This document shows positions 37,557 through 47,766 of a stretch of DNA of 64,000 nucleotides, one piece after another. Origin of the DNA: an uncultured Alphaproteobacteria bacterium (lineage in GTDB: Bacteria; Pseudomonadota; Alphaproteobacteria; Rs-D84); NCBI GenBank assembly GCA_946188105.1, contig CAMHTQ010000004.1:41890-105889 (forward strand), in the 5' to 3' direction. Both the position numbers and the translations under genes were made by a program. Position 1 is the stretch's first letter, and each line of letters opens with the position of its first letter. The notes under the pieces are model-generated. The model was not told where the DNA came from. It was given only the letters and a program-made list of their open reading frames with translations, and searched no databases.

Positions 37557-39320
37557 TTATCCAATTGCAATATCTTCGAGCATAAATTGAACACCCCTGT
37601 GTCCATTATACTCATTATCTTTTAACTTACCTAACATAGATATTGTAGTATTTGTATTAGCATCGTCCAGTAAAAAATCACCAACTGGTGTTCCGACCAA
37701 ATTAAACCCAACGAATTCGACCTGACCACCCAACGAAGTCATTATTCTGCCTTTTAAATGCGAACCATTACCCATTGTTACCGCATATTTCAACACAGCA
37801 CTATTTAACACTAATTCAGGTTCTGGATTCCCCTGTCCAAATGGGGCCAACACAGACAATTTATTTACTAAATTCATACTGGCACCACTGGCATCCATTT
37901 CGGCATCAACAATAATTTCTGGGACAATCGTGTTATTTCCCAACTGTTCTATCACAGACTTTTCAAGAAAATCTGCAAATTCTTGTTCTTTTTCTACTGG
38001 CAAAGAAAATCCTGCTGCCGCCGCATGTCCACCACCCTCGGACACGATACCTAATGATAACGCATTGTGAATTATTTTTCCTAAATCAACATTTGCCACA
38101 GATCGACCCGATCCATTTATAACACCGTCAATTTTAGTCGCAACACATGCGGGACGATTATATTTATCCTTTAACCGACCAGCAATAATTCCCATAACCC
38201 CGCCATGCCAATTATAGCCGCAAATAAACAAACTGCATTTACCATTTTTACAACACAGTTCCGCTTGCTCAGTCGCACCAAACATAATCGCATTTTGAAT
38301 ATCAATACGATCCTTGTTCATATCATTTAATTTTTCCGCCAATGCACGTGCAACCAATGGATTATCCGTCAACAACAAATCCAATGCTGGTTTTGCAGAA
38401 TCCAATCGCCCTGCAGCATTCAACCGTGGTCCCAACACAAATCCTTCAACATACACAGACGCGTGTTTAACCCCCGCGACATCCATTAACACACGCAATC
38501 CTAAATTTTTTCGTGAATCCAATACCTTTAATCCTGTTGTAACAAATGCACGATTCAGGCCCACCAATGGCATAGTATCACACACAGTTCCCAACGAAAC
38601 CAAATCTAAATAATCCATTAAATTTATTTTAGATTGTAATTCAGCCCTGTCCCCTTGCAAACATTGACGCAATTCCCTGTTCACAGCAACCAATGTCAAA
38701 AACGCAACACCAACACCGGCCAAATAATTCAACCCAGATTCATCATCACTGCGTTTTGGATTTACAACTGCATCCGCCTTGGGCAACACATTATCTGGGG
38801 AATGGTGATCAGTCACAACAACCGTCATACCATGCTGTTTAGCATACTCAACTTCTTTGACGCAACTGATACCACAATCAACGGTAATCAAAACTTGTGC
38901 ACCATTGGCCAAAATATCATCAATTGCCGCAATATTTAATCCATAACCTTCGCCATCACGTGTTGGAACATGCCACAAAACATCAACATTTAATGCCTGT
39001 AAATATTTTACCATCACAGCCGTAGATGTAATTCCATCCACATCATAATCGCCATACACAGCAATTTTTTTACCAGCACAAACCGCATCTGCAATAATTT
39101 TTGCAGCCACCTCCATATCCCGTAAAACGAACGGGTCAGGCATATATTCTTTGATTGTTGGGGATAAAAATTTATCTATATCTTGTTGTGTAACGAACCC
39201 GCGACCAGCCAAAATTTTTTTGACCAAATCATCACTAAAATCCGTTCCAGCACCAAAATCTATACTATCCGACAACACCCATGCTTGTCCAAGCAAGGAT
39301 TTTTCTACTAACCTTTTCAC
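37557..39320 (-). CDS. recJ: Single-stranded-DNA-specific exonuclease RecJ
   Basis: DHH motifs (..YGDYDVDGITS..DHH..), DHHA1 GGGHAAAAG and an OB-fold C-terminus. 587 aa. Confidence 0.85.
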   Translation of the reverse strand: MKRLVEKSLLGQAWVLSDSIDFGAGTDFSDDLVKKILAGRGFVTQQDIDKFLSPTIKEYMPDPFVLRDMEVAAKIIADAVCAGKKIAVYGDYDVDGITSTAVMVKYLQALNVDVLWHVPTRDGEGYGLNIAAIDDILANGAQVLITVDCGISCVKEVEYAKQHGMTVVVTDHHSPDNVLPKADAVVNPKRSDDESGLNYLAGVGVAFLTLVAVNRELRQCLQGDRAELQSKINLMDYLDLVSLGTVCDTMPLVGLNRAFVTTGLKVLDSRKNLGLRVLMDVAGVKHASVYVEGFVLGPRLNAAGRLDSAKPALDLLLTDNPLVARALAEKLNDMNKDRIDIQNAIMFGATEQAELCCKNGKCSLFICGYNWHGGVMGIIAGRLKDKYNRPACVATKIDGVINGSGRSVANVDLGKIIHNALSLGIVSEGGGHAAAAGFSLPVEKEQEFADFLEKSVIEQLGNNTIVPEIIVDAEMDASGASMNLVNKLSVLAPFGQGNPEPELVLNSAVLKYAVTMGNGSHLKGRIMTSLGGQVEFVGFNLVGTPVGDFLLDDANTNTTISMLGKLKDNEYNGHRGVQFMLEDIAIG

Positions 39321-39363
39321 ACTATACTCTTTTTTTTATTATCGAGTATATTATAACCGAAAT

Positions 39364-40998
39364 TTATTTAAATAGCAACGGAAGTATTCCATCAAGTATT
39401 TTTCTGGCTGTTGGCACAGAATTCAATGACGCAGTACGCCATCCATAAGATTCCGCAACAGCCTGGGGTTCGTCCAGATTTATCATAATGATATATTGTG
39501 GCGCTTCGGCTGGGAAAATTCCTACAAATGTTGTTACATTACGTTTTTTATCAATCATACCATGCACACGTTTTTCTGCGGTTCCGGTTTTACCACCAAT
39601 ACTTATTCCGTTAATTCTTGTCAATTTTCCACTGGTTTCTTCGACAACACGCACCATATTTTCACGCAACTTTGCAGAAATTTCTTCGCTTAACACACGT
39701 GTTCCCTGTATCCGACCTAAATCACGTTTTTTAATTGTTGGATTTATATAAATTCCACCATTTGTTACAGCATTAACACCCAATAACAAATGCATTGGTG
39801 TTACCGCAACCGTATGTCCAAAAGACACAGCCGCGACATCGGTTATTCCCCATTTTTTAGGGAATATAGGACTTTCTGTTTTTCCAAAATCCAAATCTAA
39901 TTTTTCATCCAAATGTAATTTATGGAAAAATTCTGGCTGGACCCCCGCAGGAAATTCCAAAGCGATTTGAACACTTCCGACATTACATGAATGCACCATA
40001 ATTTCATCAACATCCATCCATTGTTTTTCGAACTTGGTCACATCATGGAAAGTCGTAATATATTTTCCACTTCTGGTTCTTAACACATATGGTTTACCAA
40101 CAAAATATTTTTTATGAATATTATTTTCGTATGCCAGCGCAGTATTAAATATCTTGAATACCGATCCCATTTCCAACACATCACGTATCTGTTTGAATCT
40201 GCGATTTTCAACAGGATATGCAGACACATTTTCTGGATCATAATCAGGTAAAGATACCATCGCCACCATTTCACCAGTTCTGGAATTCATCAACATACCC
40301 ATCGCACTTTTTGCATGATATATCTGCATTGCTTCGGCCAATCTGTCATGGAATTGTTCTTGGATTCTGGTATCCAAAGACAAGCGTAACGGATCCGTAT
40401 TTTCACGCAAATACGAATCGAAAACTTTTTCTGCACCTTCTAATCCGACACCTTCTTTACCGACGAACCCAACCACATGTGCGAACAAATTATGTTTTGG
40501 ATAACGACGTCTTTGTTTCGGCACAATTTCCAATCCGCTTAATTCATCTTTATATTCTTTTTCCGCAGCCTTGATATTTTTAATTTCATCTTCGGTTGCA
40601 TCTTCCTTTAATACGAAATAAGAATGCTTTTTCATCAATTCGTGAACCTGATTCACAGAATATTTATATGGAAATACTTGGTGTATAACATTAGCAACCA
40701 AATCAGGATTTTTTACTGCCTTGGCTCTTAACTGTATTCTACCACTGGCAACATTTTGTGCTAACTTTACACCATTTCTATCTTCGATATCTGCACGAGT
40801 AACAACCCAATCTTTGTTATTCACACTTTTTCCAGATTGTCCTGTGCCCATAAAGCCGTAATATAAAGTTTTCAAGAAAAACACTAAAAACAGAACCAAG
40901 ATTATACCATGCACCCAGCGCAATCTGGATCTTTCCAAATCACGTTTTTTTGCAACTCTGCCACCTAATCTATAAATATCCTTTCCTATCTCGAACAT
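39364..40998 (-). CDS. ftsI: Peptidoglycan D,D-transpeptidase FtsI (PBP3)
   Basis: N-terminal TM. Transpeptidase motifs SxxK (SVFK), SxN and KTGT. Follows ftsL. Confidence 0.85.
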   Translation of the reverse strand: MFEIGKDIYRLGGRVAKKRDLERSRLRWVHGIILVLFLVFFLKTLYYGFMGTGQSGKSVNNKDWVVTRADIEDRNGVKLAQNVASGRIQLRAKAVKNPDLVANVIHQVFPYKYSVNQVHELMKKHSYFVLKEDATEDEIKNIKAAEKEYKDELSGLEIVPKQRRRYPKHNLFAHVVGFVGKEGVGLEGAEKVFDSYLRENTDPLRLSLDTRIQEQFHDRLAEAMQIYHAKSAMGMLMNSRTGEMVAMVSLPDYDPENVSAYPVENRRFKQIRDVLEMGSVFKIFNTALAYENNIHKKYFVGKPYVLRTRSGKYITTFHDVTKFEKQWMDVDEIMVHSCNVGSVQIALEFPAGVQPEFFHKLHLDEKLDLDFGKTESPIFPKKWGITDVAAVSFGHTVAVTPMHLLLGVNAVTNGGIYINPTIKKRDLGRIQGTRVLSEEISAKLRENMVRVVEETSGKLTRINGISIGGKTGTAEKRVHGMIDKKRNVTTFVGIFPAEAPQYIIMINLDEPQAVAESYGWRTASLNSVPTARKILDGILPLLFK

Positions 40999-41002
40999 AT
41001 AT

Positions 41003-41302
41003 TTATTTCCTTAATGGTAAATCTTCGATTGCTGTATATTTACGGAATCCGATAATTTCCACCTGGGGATTTATCATAGAAACTTTATCTCTTAAAAATT
41101 CAGAATTAGTCATGGATTCAAACTTGGCCTGTTCCACAGAATATTCTTTCTGGATTCTCACAATTTCTTCATGTGTCCATTTCAAAGATCTGCGTTGCAT
41201 TCTGTAACACACCTGTAATGTGACTACTAAAAACACAGTAATCCCCAACATCCACATGCTGATTCTAAACATCTTTTGTGCTTCATTCATATCCATCACC
41301 AT
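41003..41302 (-). CDS. ftsL: Cell division protein FtsL
   Basis: 99 aa, single TM plus a coiled coil, immediately upstream of ftsI. Confidence 0.65.
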   Translation of the reverse strand: MVMDMNEAQKMFRISMWMLGITVFLVVTLQVCYRMQRRSLKWTHEEIVRIQKEYSVEQAKFESMTNSEFLRDKVSMINPQVEIIGFRKYTAIEDLPLRK

Positions 41303-41324
41303 TATCTATCAAGATTATATTCTA

Positions 41325-41687
41325 TCATAAATTTTGTAAAAAACTAATCATAGAATTTAACCCAGATAATCTCCCTGCCCCTAATGCCAAATTCAAAGAA
41401 GCAAATTCCTTTCCTAAATCCATATTTTTTATCTGCTGTGGTGTTTTTCCATCAACCATAGCCAGCAATACCGCGACAATACCACGAACAATTCCAGAAT
41501 CTGCAACACCGTAAAATTTATTCCCAGATATACATATTTCAACATGCGACGCACACCCAGAAATTTCAGTGCATACAGCGTTTTCAGGAACCGGTGCCAA
41601 ATGTGCACCAAAATCCATCAGCATTTCTAATTTTTCAGCAGGATCATCAATCGCATTTAAAATATTTTTCATCTGTTCGTATTGCAT
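41325..41687 (-). CDS. sufE: Cysteine desulfuration protein SufE
   Basis: ..ISGCASHVEI.. is the SufE active-site Cys region. Confidence 0.75.
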   Translation of the reverse strand: MQYEQMKNILNAIDDPAEKLEMLMDFGAHLAPVPENAVCTEISGCASHVEICISGNKFYGVADSGIVRGIVAVLLAMVDGKTPQQIKNMDLGKEFASLNLALGAGRLSGLNSMISFLQNL

Positions 41688-41693
41688 AAAAAA

Positions 41694-42008
41694 CTACCAT
41701 CCCTGATTCGTTAAATCTAATTCTAATCTTGCAGCATCCGACATACGCGACAAATCCCATGCAGGTTCCCAAACTAATTTTACATCAACCGATTTAACAC
41801 CCTTGACTTTTGATACAACATCTTTAACTTGCTGTAACAATTCTTCCATCATGGGACACGTAGGACTGGTGAACGTCATTGTAATATCAACATGTTCACG
41901 CTTAATAACAATATCATAAATCAACCCCATATCCCAAATGTTTACTGGGATTTCAGGATCAAAAATTGTTTTTAATGCATTTATAATATCATCTTTGATT
42001 ATCGCCAT
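41694..42008 (-). CDS. sufT: Fe-S assembly protein SufT (DUF59/MIP18 family)
   Basis: ..DPEIPVNIWDMGLIYD...TSPTCP.. is the DUF59 signature. Confidence 0.75.
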   Translation of the reverse strand: MAIIKDDIINALKTIFDPEIPVNIWDMGLIYDIVIKREHVDITMTFTSPTCPMMEELLQQVKDVVSKVKGVKSVDVKLVWEPAWDLSRMSDAARLELDLTNQGW

Positions 42009-42009
42009 T

Positions 42010-43164
42010 TTATTTCACTATATTTTTTACCACAGATATAAATTGTTCAGCATCCAGCATACTATTCCATGGTCCCACAGATACCCTGATTGAACCATCA
42101 ATACCTAATAATTTATGAATCCACGATGCACACATATTTCCAACACGCAGACAAATTCCATTTGCCCCCGCCAACGTTCCAAAATCCAACACATGCATAC
42201 CATCAACAACAAACGATAATAATGCGGCATCACGCGATGTTAAAATTTTTATTTTTGGAATCTTGTTTAATTCATCATACATATATTTAACAAGATTCAA
42301 ATCAGGTCTATTTTTTTTCAACTCTTGAATTGCAATTCCAAAGCCACAAATTTGGGTCAATGGTAATGTCCCAGCCTCGAACTTTTCTGGTGCATTGTTC
42401 AACACCAAATCTGTATCTGAAACTTTCAATACCATACCACCACCAAATTTATCAGGCATATATTTTTCAGCATCACGAATATATAAAACACCAACACCCG
42501 TATCCGCACCAATTTTATGTCCAGAAAACACCATAAAATCGCAATCCCAAGATTTAACATCTATTTGTTCATGTACCACGTATTGCGATGCATCAACAAT
42601 AGTTATAACATCCGGATTTTTTTTGCGTGCCGCGGCAATTATTTTTTTTACATCCTGTGGCCGTCCAATAACATTAGACATCGCAGTTATTACCAAAACA
42701 TCTGTATTTGGAATCGAATCGATTTTGATATCAAAATTTTCATCCAATTCACATTTCAGCATTTCGCGAATTTTTCCAGCCTTTAATAATTCTTGCCATG
42801 GCAACCTTGCAGAATGATGTTCCAAATCAGACACAGCAAACGTTGACAAATTATTATACTGTGGTTGATTTATAATAATATTAACGATTCGATTTAATCC
42901 ATCCGTTGCCCCAGATGTAAAAACGACCTGGGAAACATCTGCATTTATAAAATCCGCCAACTGCACTCTGACCGCGTGAATCATGTCATCGACAGCCGTG
43001 GCACGACAACACACCCCACGCCCCGCATTAGCATAGCGATTAAGCAAAAAATCTGTTTCAGCATCAATTACGGACTGTGGTTTCAAAAAGCTTGCCGCCG
43101 CATCCATATATACGATTTCTTTCATATATAAAAACCCTTGCATTTCTTCTAGATTATAATACAC
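42010..43164 (-). CDS. sufS: Cysteine desulfurase (SufS-like class V aminotransferase)
   Basis: ..YMDAAASFLKPQSVIDA.. N-terminus. PLP lysine region ..FSGHKIGADTG... Alternative start at 43125. Confidence 0.8.
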   Translation of the reverse strand: MYYNLEEMQGFLYMKEIVYMDAAASFLKPQSVIDAETDFLLNRYANAGRGVCCRATAVDDMIHAVRVQLADFINADVSQVVFTSGATDGLNRIVNIIINQPQYNNLSTFAVSDLEHHSARLPWQELLKAGKIREMLKCELDENFDIKIDSIPNTDVLVITAMSNVIGRPQDVKKIIAAARKKNPDVITIVDASQYVVHEQIDVKSWDCDFMVFSGHKIGADTGVGVLYIRDAEKYMPDKFGGGMVLKVSDTDLVLNNAPEKFEAGTLPLTQICGFGIAIQELKKNRPDLNLVKYMYDELNKIPKIKILTSRDAALLSFVVDGMHVLDFGTLAGANGICLRVGNMCASWIHKLLGIDGSIRVSVGPWNSMLDAEQFISVVKNIVK

Positions 43165-43197
43165 TCAAACCAAATATCAACAATAAGGGAGAAAAAA

Positions 43198-43518
43198 ATG
43201 GCTTTACAACATGCAACAGATGACAACTTTCAAACTATGGTTCAGAATGGTTTAACCCTTGTAGATTTCTGGGCTGTATGGTGCGGACCATGTCGTATGT
43301 TCGGACCAATTTTTGAAACTGTATCTGAAAAGGTTCCTGACGTTAATTTTGTTAAATTCGAAATTGATGAAACAAATCGCGTAACGCCAACCAAATTTGG
43401 TATTCGCAGTATCCCCAGTGTTCTTGCATTTCGTGATGGCAATTTAATCGAGGCACGCACAGGACTGATGGACGAAGAAACCGTCATCGCATGGATTAAA
43501 GAATTACAATCCGCTTAA
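43198..43518 (+). CDS. trxA: Thioredoxin
   Basis: WCGPC active site, 106 aa. Confidence 0.9.
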   Translation: MALQHATDDNFQTMVQNGLTLVDFWAVWCGPCRMFGPIFETVSEKVPDVNFVKFEIDETNRVTPTKFGIRSIPSVLAFRDGNLIEARTGLMDEETVIAWIKELQSA

Positions 43519-43535
43519 ACCCTAAAGGAAAAGAC

Positions 43536-43967
43536 ATGGCAAAACAAAATTATAAAACTTTGGAATTACCAGCGAAATATGTTCCTAAAAAATCTGAACC
43601 ATATATGTGCATAGAACAAAAGGCATATTTCTATCAGATTTTAATGGCACAAAAACAAGAAATTACCCAGGGCAATTCAGATGTGTTGAAAACCGTTCGC
43701 AATGCGGATGCAAACGAAACAGCTGGTGTTGGTGATGATACAGACAACGCATCCCAAGAACAAGCTTTGACTTTGAATTTACGTATGTCTGAACGCGACA
43801 GCAATTTATTGAAAAAGGTTAATGCGGCATTGGAAAGATTAGAAAACGGCACATTTGGTTACAGTGTTATATCAAATGAAGAAATTGGCCTTTCACGCAT
43901 GTTGGCTCGTCCTTTGGCAACAATGACTGTCGAAGAACAAGAAGAATACGAGGCAAACAAGCAATAA
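43536..43967 (+). CDS. dksA: DksA/TraR-family RNA polymerase-binding transcription factor
   Basis: Coiled-coil N-terminus and ..ALERLENGTFGY.. DksA-like C-terminus. The Cys4 zinc finger appears absent. Confidence 0.6.
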   Translation: MAKQNYKTLELPAKYVPKKSEPYMCIEQKAYFYQILMAQKQEITQGNSDVLKTVRNADANETAGVGDDTDNASQEQALTLNLRMSERDSNLLKKVNAALERLENGTFGYSVISNEEIGLSRMLARPLATMTVEEQEEYEANKQ

Positions 43968-43984
43968 ATGAAAAACAAATAAAA

Positions 43985-44016
43985 AAACCGGGTTAAAAAA
44001 CCCGGTTTTTTTTAGA
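43985..44016. terminator. Bidirectional rho-independent terminator
   Basis: 10-bp perfect stem aaaccgggtt/aacccggttt flanked by an A-run and a T-run. Confidence 0.7.
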
Positions 44017-44022
44017 ATTTTT

Positions 44023-44355
44023 TTATTCAATCCATACATCCACCAATGTTGTTCCGTTTGCACCCCCAGAACGAACCTTGGATGTTCTGTTTGTATCAGC
44101 CCAACCAACCGTTGCAACCTCTTTATTAGTGCTTGCAGCAATTGCTGTTGTTGTAGGATTATTCTGCAAAGTAACGGTCTTATTAGTATCATTTCGAATT
44201 TCGACAGCACCATTGGTCTTTTTAATACTGCCATCAACATATGAAACAGATGCAATCGTTGTAGACTGCGTAGCAGCAGCAAAACACCCACTATTTACGA
44301 TAAAAAATGCACAAGAAACAAGCAAAAATCCAGAAATCCCTGCTCTCAATCTCAT
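44023..44355 (-). CDS. Small secreted Thr/Asn-rich hypothetical protein
   Basis: Signal peptide, 110 aa. I recognise no family. Confidence 0.4.
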   Translation of the reverse strand: MRLRAGISGFLLVSCAFFIVNSGCFAAATQSTTIASVSYVDGSIKKTNGAVEIRNDTNKTVTLQNNPTTTAIAASTNKEVATVGWADTNRTSKVRSGGANGTTLVDVWIE

Positions 44356-44421
44356 AATGTAACCTTCCTCTTTCCTATAATAGTACTAAATTTCCAAATT
44401 TAATGCAAGCACAATAAAGCA

Positions 44422-44667
44422 CTATTTCTTAACAACTTTTTTCTTTTTCTGACTTTTGCTGGTTTTCTTTACTTTTTTTGTTTCTGTTTTTTCTGCTTTA
44501 ACAGATTTTTCTTCTGATTCTTTGGATGATTTTTTCAGCTCACGTTTAAAAACGTTAACACCATTTGCCAAATTCTTCATCATTCCTGGGATTTTACTGT
44601 GACCAAACACGATCACCAACAAAATCAAAATGACCAGAATTTCAGTTGCACCCAATCTTCCAAACAT
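44422..44667 (-). CDS. tatA: Twin-arginine translocase subunit TatA
   Basis: MFGRLGATEILVILILLVIVFG..KIP.. TatA signature and a Lys-rich tail. Confidence 0.8.
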   Translation of the reverse strand: MFGRLGATEILVILILLVIVFGHSKIPGMMKNLANGVNVFKRELKKSSKESEEKSVKAEKTETKKVKKTSKSQKKKKVVKK

Positions 44668-44686
44668 TTCATACGCTCCTTACTTT

Positions 44687-45502
44687 TTATTTTGCGACAT
44701 AGCAATCTAAACCATCAGATTTTGCGTTACGACAAAAACCATTGGCATCATTCGAAGTGCTAAACGCAACACGCAATCTGTATGTTGTACGGCCATCTTT
44801 TAACACAGATGCCAAAACAACAAATTGTTTTCCTGCGAACAAACTACTGTGTTCTACACGCATCTTTTTACCAGCAGCATCTGCGGCATCTCTGGAACTA
44901 TATGAACCAAACTGAACATACCAACCTGCCCCAGATGTTGTTTGCACCTTTTTCACAGCAGGTTTTGCAGTCGCCTTTTGTGCTGTCTTTTTTGCTTCTG
45001 GCTTTGCTACAGGTTTAGATTCTGTTTTTGGTTTTGATTCTACTTTCATAACTGGCTGAGTTTCTTTAACAACCTTATTAGGATTAAACACAACCTCGCG
45101 TCTATCTTCTATGACACGAACATTATCGTTTTCAGTTGGCTGAGCCGCTGTTGTTGGTTGTGGTGCTGGCTGTTGTGGTTCAACCTTGACCTCGTTCACT
45201 GGAACCTGTAATGGCTGTGGATTTGCATCTGGCACCGGTTGAGGCATTGGTTGTGGAATTTCACCACCATCAACAACCACCTCTGGTTCAGCATCCAAAT
45301 CAATTTCTACTGACGAAGACGAATTACCGCCAACGGTCCGCACAATGATATATGTGGCCAACGCAATCACAATCAATGCGACACTCAACAACAACCAAGG
45401 TCTGCGTGGACGTGGGCTTGCAAAAGCGGCCTCTGGCAAAGAATCGGATGTATCATCATCCAAATCCAATAAATCCAAATTTGTATTGTCTTCTGTATTC
45501 AT
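44687..45502 (-). CDS. SPOR-domain cell-division/peptidoglycan-binding protein
   Basis: N-terminal TM, Pro/Gln-rich linker, and a C-terminal SPOR domain (..GWYVQFGSYSSRDAADAAGKKM...YRLRV..). Confidence 0.7.
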   Translation of the reverse strand: MNTEDNTNLDLLDLDDDTSDSLPEAAFASPRPRRPWLLLSVALIVIALATYIIVRTVGGNSSSSVEIDLDAEPEVVVDGGEIPQPMPQPVPDANPQPLQVPVNEVKVEPQQPAPQPTTAAQPTENDNVRVIEDRREVVFNPNKVVKETQPVMKVESKPKTESKPVAKPEAKKTAQKATAKPAVKKVQTTSGAGWYVQFGSYSSRDAADAAGKKMRVEHSSLFAGKQFVVLASVLKDGRTTYRLRVAFSTSNDANGFCRNAKSDGLDCYVAK

Positions 45503-45581
45503 AAGAAACTCCCTTAGATTTTCACTTATCTAGGGGATATTATATCATAAAAAAAGAACTAAAACAAATAAACCTTGATAT

Positions 45582-45720
45582 TATTTTGGCATTTGTCCGA
45601 AATGAGGTGGCACAATCAACTTTTGATTTTGTTCAACAATGGGTTCAACCTCGCAATTACAACAACCAGACAAACAACCCAATACAGCCACAAACAATCC
45701 GAATAAAACAAATTTCTTCA
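45582..45720 (-). CDS. Small lipoprotein of 46 aa
   Basis: MKKFVLFGLFVAVLGCLSGC.. signal with a lipobox. Below the ORF-track cutoff. Confidence 0.35.
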
Positions 45721-45776
45721 TCTTTTTTTCCTTTTAAACAAATTATGCCCCAATCAAACGACTGGGGCAAACAGTT

Positions 45777-47519
45777 TTATTTTGGCATTTTTACCGATTC
45801 TGTCATCTGGGCCAAAAATTCTGACAACGGCATAACATCTTGTTGTTCAACGCCTAAACGACGCAATGTAACCGTTTTATCAGCCTGTTCTTTTTCACCG
45901 ACGACTGCGATAATTGGTGTTTTTGCCAATGACAATTCACGAACCTTGTAATTCACTTTTTCATCACGCAAATCTGCACGAGCATAAACCCCATTGTCAC
46001 GCAAATCCGCAACAATGCTTTCCGCATATTCACGATATTTTTCAGACACAGGAACTACAACCACAGGTTCTGGTGATAACCACAATGGCAAATTACCACC
46101 CGTAGATTCTAATAACACACCAAAGAATCGTTCAATAGAACCCAATAATGCTCTGTGCAACATAATTGGACGATGTTTTTCACCATCTTCGCCAATATAA
46201 GACAAATCAAATCTTTCTGGCAAATTCATATCCAATTGCACTGTTCCACACTGCCATACGCGTCCCATAGAATCTTTCAGGTAATTATCAATCTTTGGGC
46301 CATAGAAAGCGGCATCATTTTCTGCAATTTCATATTCAATGCCATTGGCATCCAATGCATGCTTTAATGCACCTTCGGCCTTGTCCCAAACCTCATCTGA
46401 TCCGATACGGAATTCAGACAATGGACGAGTAGCCAATTTCATCATAATTTTGTCGAATCCGAATTTGTTGTAAATATCTTTGATGAAACGCAATACTTTT
46501 ACAACTTCTTCTTCTAACTGTTCTTCTGTGCAGAAAATGTGGGCATCGTCTTGGGTAAATTCACGCACACGCATCAACCCAGACAAACCACCTGCGGCCT
46601 CGTAACGACAAACCTTACCAAATTCAGCCAAATACATAGGCAAATCTTTATAAGATTTAATTCCTTGACCGAACACCAACATACCGCCCGGACAAGACAT
46701 TGGTTTTACACAGAACACTTTGCCATCTTGGGTTGTTCCAGAATAATTATGTGCACCATATTTTGCCCAGTGGCCACTGCGTTCCCACAAACATCTGTCC
46801 ATAATGGATGGTGTTGAAATTTCAAAATAACCAGCACGTTCTTGACGCATACGCAAATATTCAATCAAGCGACGATAAATTTTGAATCCCTTGTCATGCC
46901 AGAACACCGCACCTGGTGCATATTCAGGTTCAAAATGGAACAAATCCATCTCTTTGCCCAATTTACGATTATCGCGTTTTGCTGCTTCTTCTTGCATTTT
47001 CAAGAATTCATCCAATTCTTCTTTGCTGGCAAATGCATCAACATAGATACGTTGTAACATTTTGTTTTTGCTATCACCCTTCCAATATGCCCCAGCAACA
47101 GTTCTGATTTTAAAACCATCCCTTGGCAAATCTTTGGATGATTCAACGTGTGGGCCACGACACAAATCTGTGAAATCACGGAAAGAATAAATAGATAACT
47201 TTTCGCCTGCTGCATCGTATTCATTCAACCATTCCATTTTATATGGTTGATCAGCAAAGATTTGTTTTGCTTCTTCTAAACTAACAATTTTTTGTTCGAA
47301 TCGACCATTTGACTTAATCAGCTCGCGCATTTCTTTTTCTATCGCAGCAAAATCTTCCTCGGAAAATCTGTATTCTGTATCGAAATCGTAATAGAATCCA
47401 TTTTCAATAGCAGGACCACCTGCAAACTTTACATCAGGATGCAATTTCTTAACAGCTGCTGCCATAACATGTGCCAGCGAGTGACGAATCAATTCAATTG
47501 GATAAGACATAATAAACAC
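45777..47519 (-). CDS. thrS: Threonine--tRNA ligase lacking the N-terminal TGS domain
   Basis: Begins in the N2 editing domain (..IRHSLAHVMA..GPAIENGFYYDFD..). Class II motifs present, e.g. ..RDNRKLGKEMDLFHF... 580 aa. Confidence 0.9.
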   Translation of the reverse strand: MFIMSYPIELIRHSLAHVMAAAVKKLHPDVKFAGGPAIENGFYYDFDTEYRFSEEDFAAIEKEMRELIKSNGRFEQKIVSLEEAKQIFADQPYKMEWLNEYDAAGEKLSIYSFRDFTDLCRGPHVESSKDLPRDGFKIRTVAGAYWKGDSKNKMLQRIYVDAFASKEELDEFLKMQEEAAKRDNRKLGKEMDLFHFEPEYAPGAVFWHDKGFKIYRRLIEYLRMRQERAGYFEISTPSIMDRCLWERSGHWAKYGAHNYSGTTQDGKVFCVKPMSCPGGMLVFGQGIKSYKDLPMYLAEFGKVCRYEAAGGLSGLMRVREFTQDDAHIFCTEEQLEEEVVKVLRFIKDIYNKFGFDKIMMKLATRPLSEFRIGSDEVWDKAEGALKHALDANGIEYEIAENDAAFYGPKIDNYLKDSMGRVWQCGTVQLDMNLPERFDLSYIGEDGEKHRPIMLHRALLGSIERFFGVLLESTGGNLPLWLSPEPVVVVPVSEKYREYAESIVADLRDNGVYARADLRDEKVNYKVRELSLAKTPIIAVVGEKEQADKTVTLRRLGVEQQDVMPLSEFLAQMTESVKMPK

Positions 47520-47766
47520 CTTTATTTTTTATTCTTAAATTTAATTTGAAATTGTTTTGAATTATAATATGCACTTCATTTTTGTGCAAGCAATAAACAC
47601 CCTAGACCCCCGCGGGGGTTGTGCAAGTGGTAGTAGTAAAGATAAATTTCTTATAAAACATACTCTTATAATAAAACAATCCTGGGAAAAAGTCAAACCT
47701 TGAAATTTTTAATTTCAGAAATCCGCCAATATATGATAAAATATAGGGAATAAGAGAGGATGAAAA

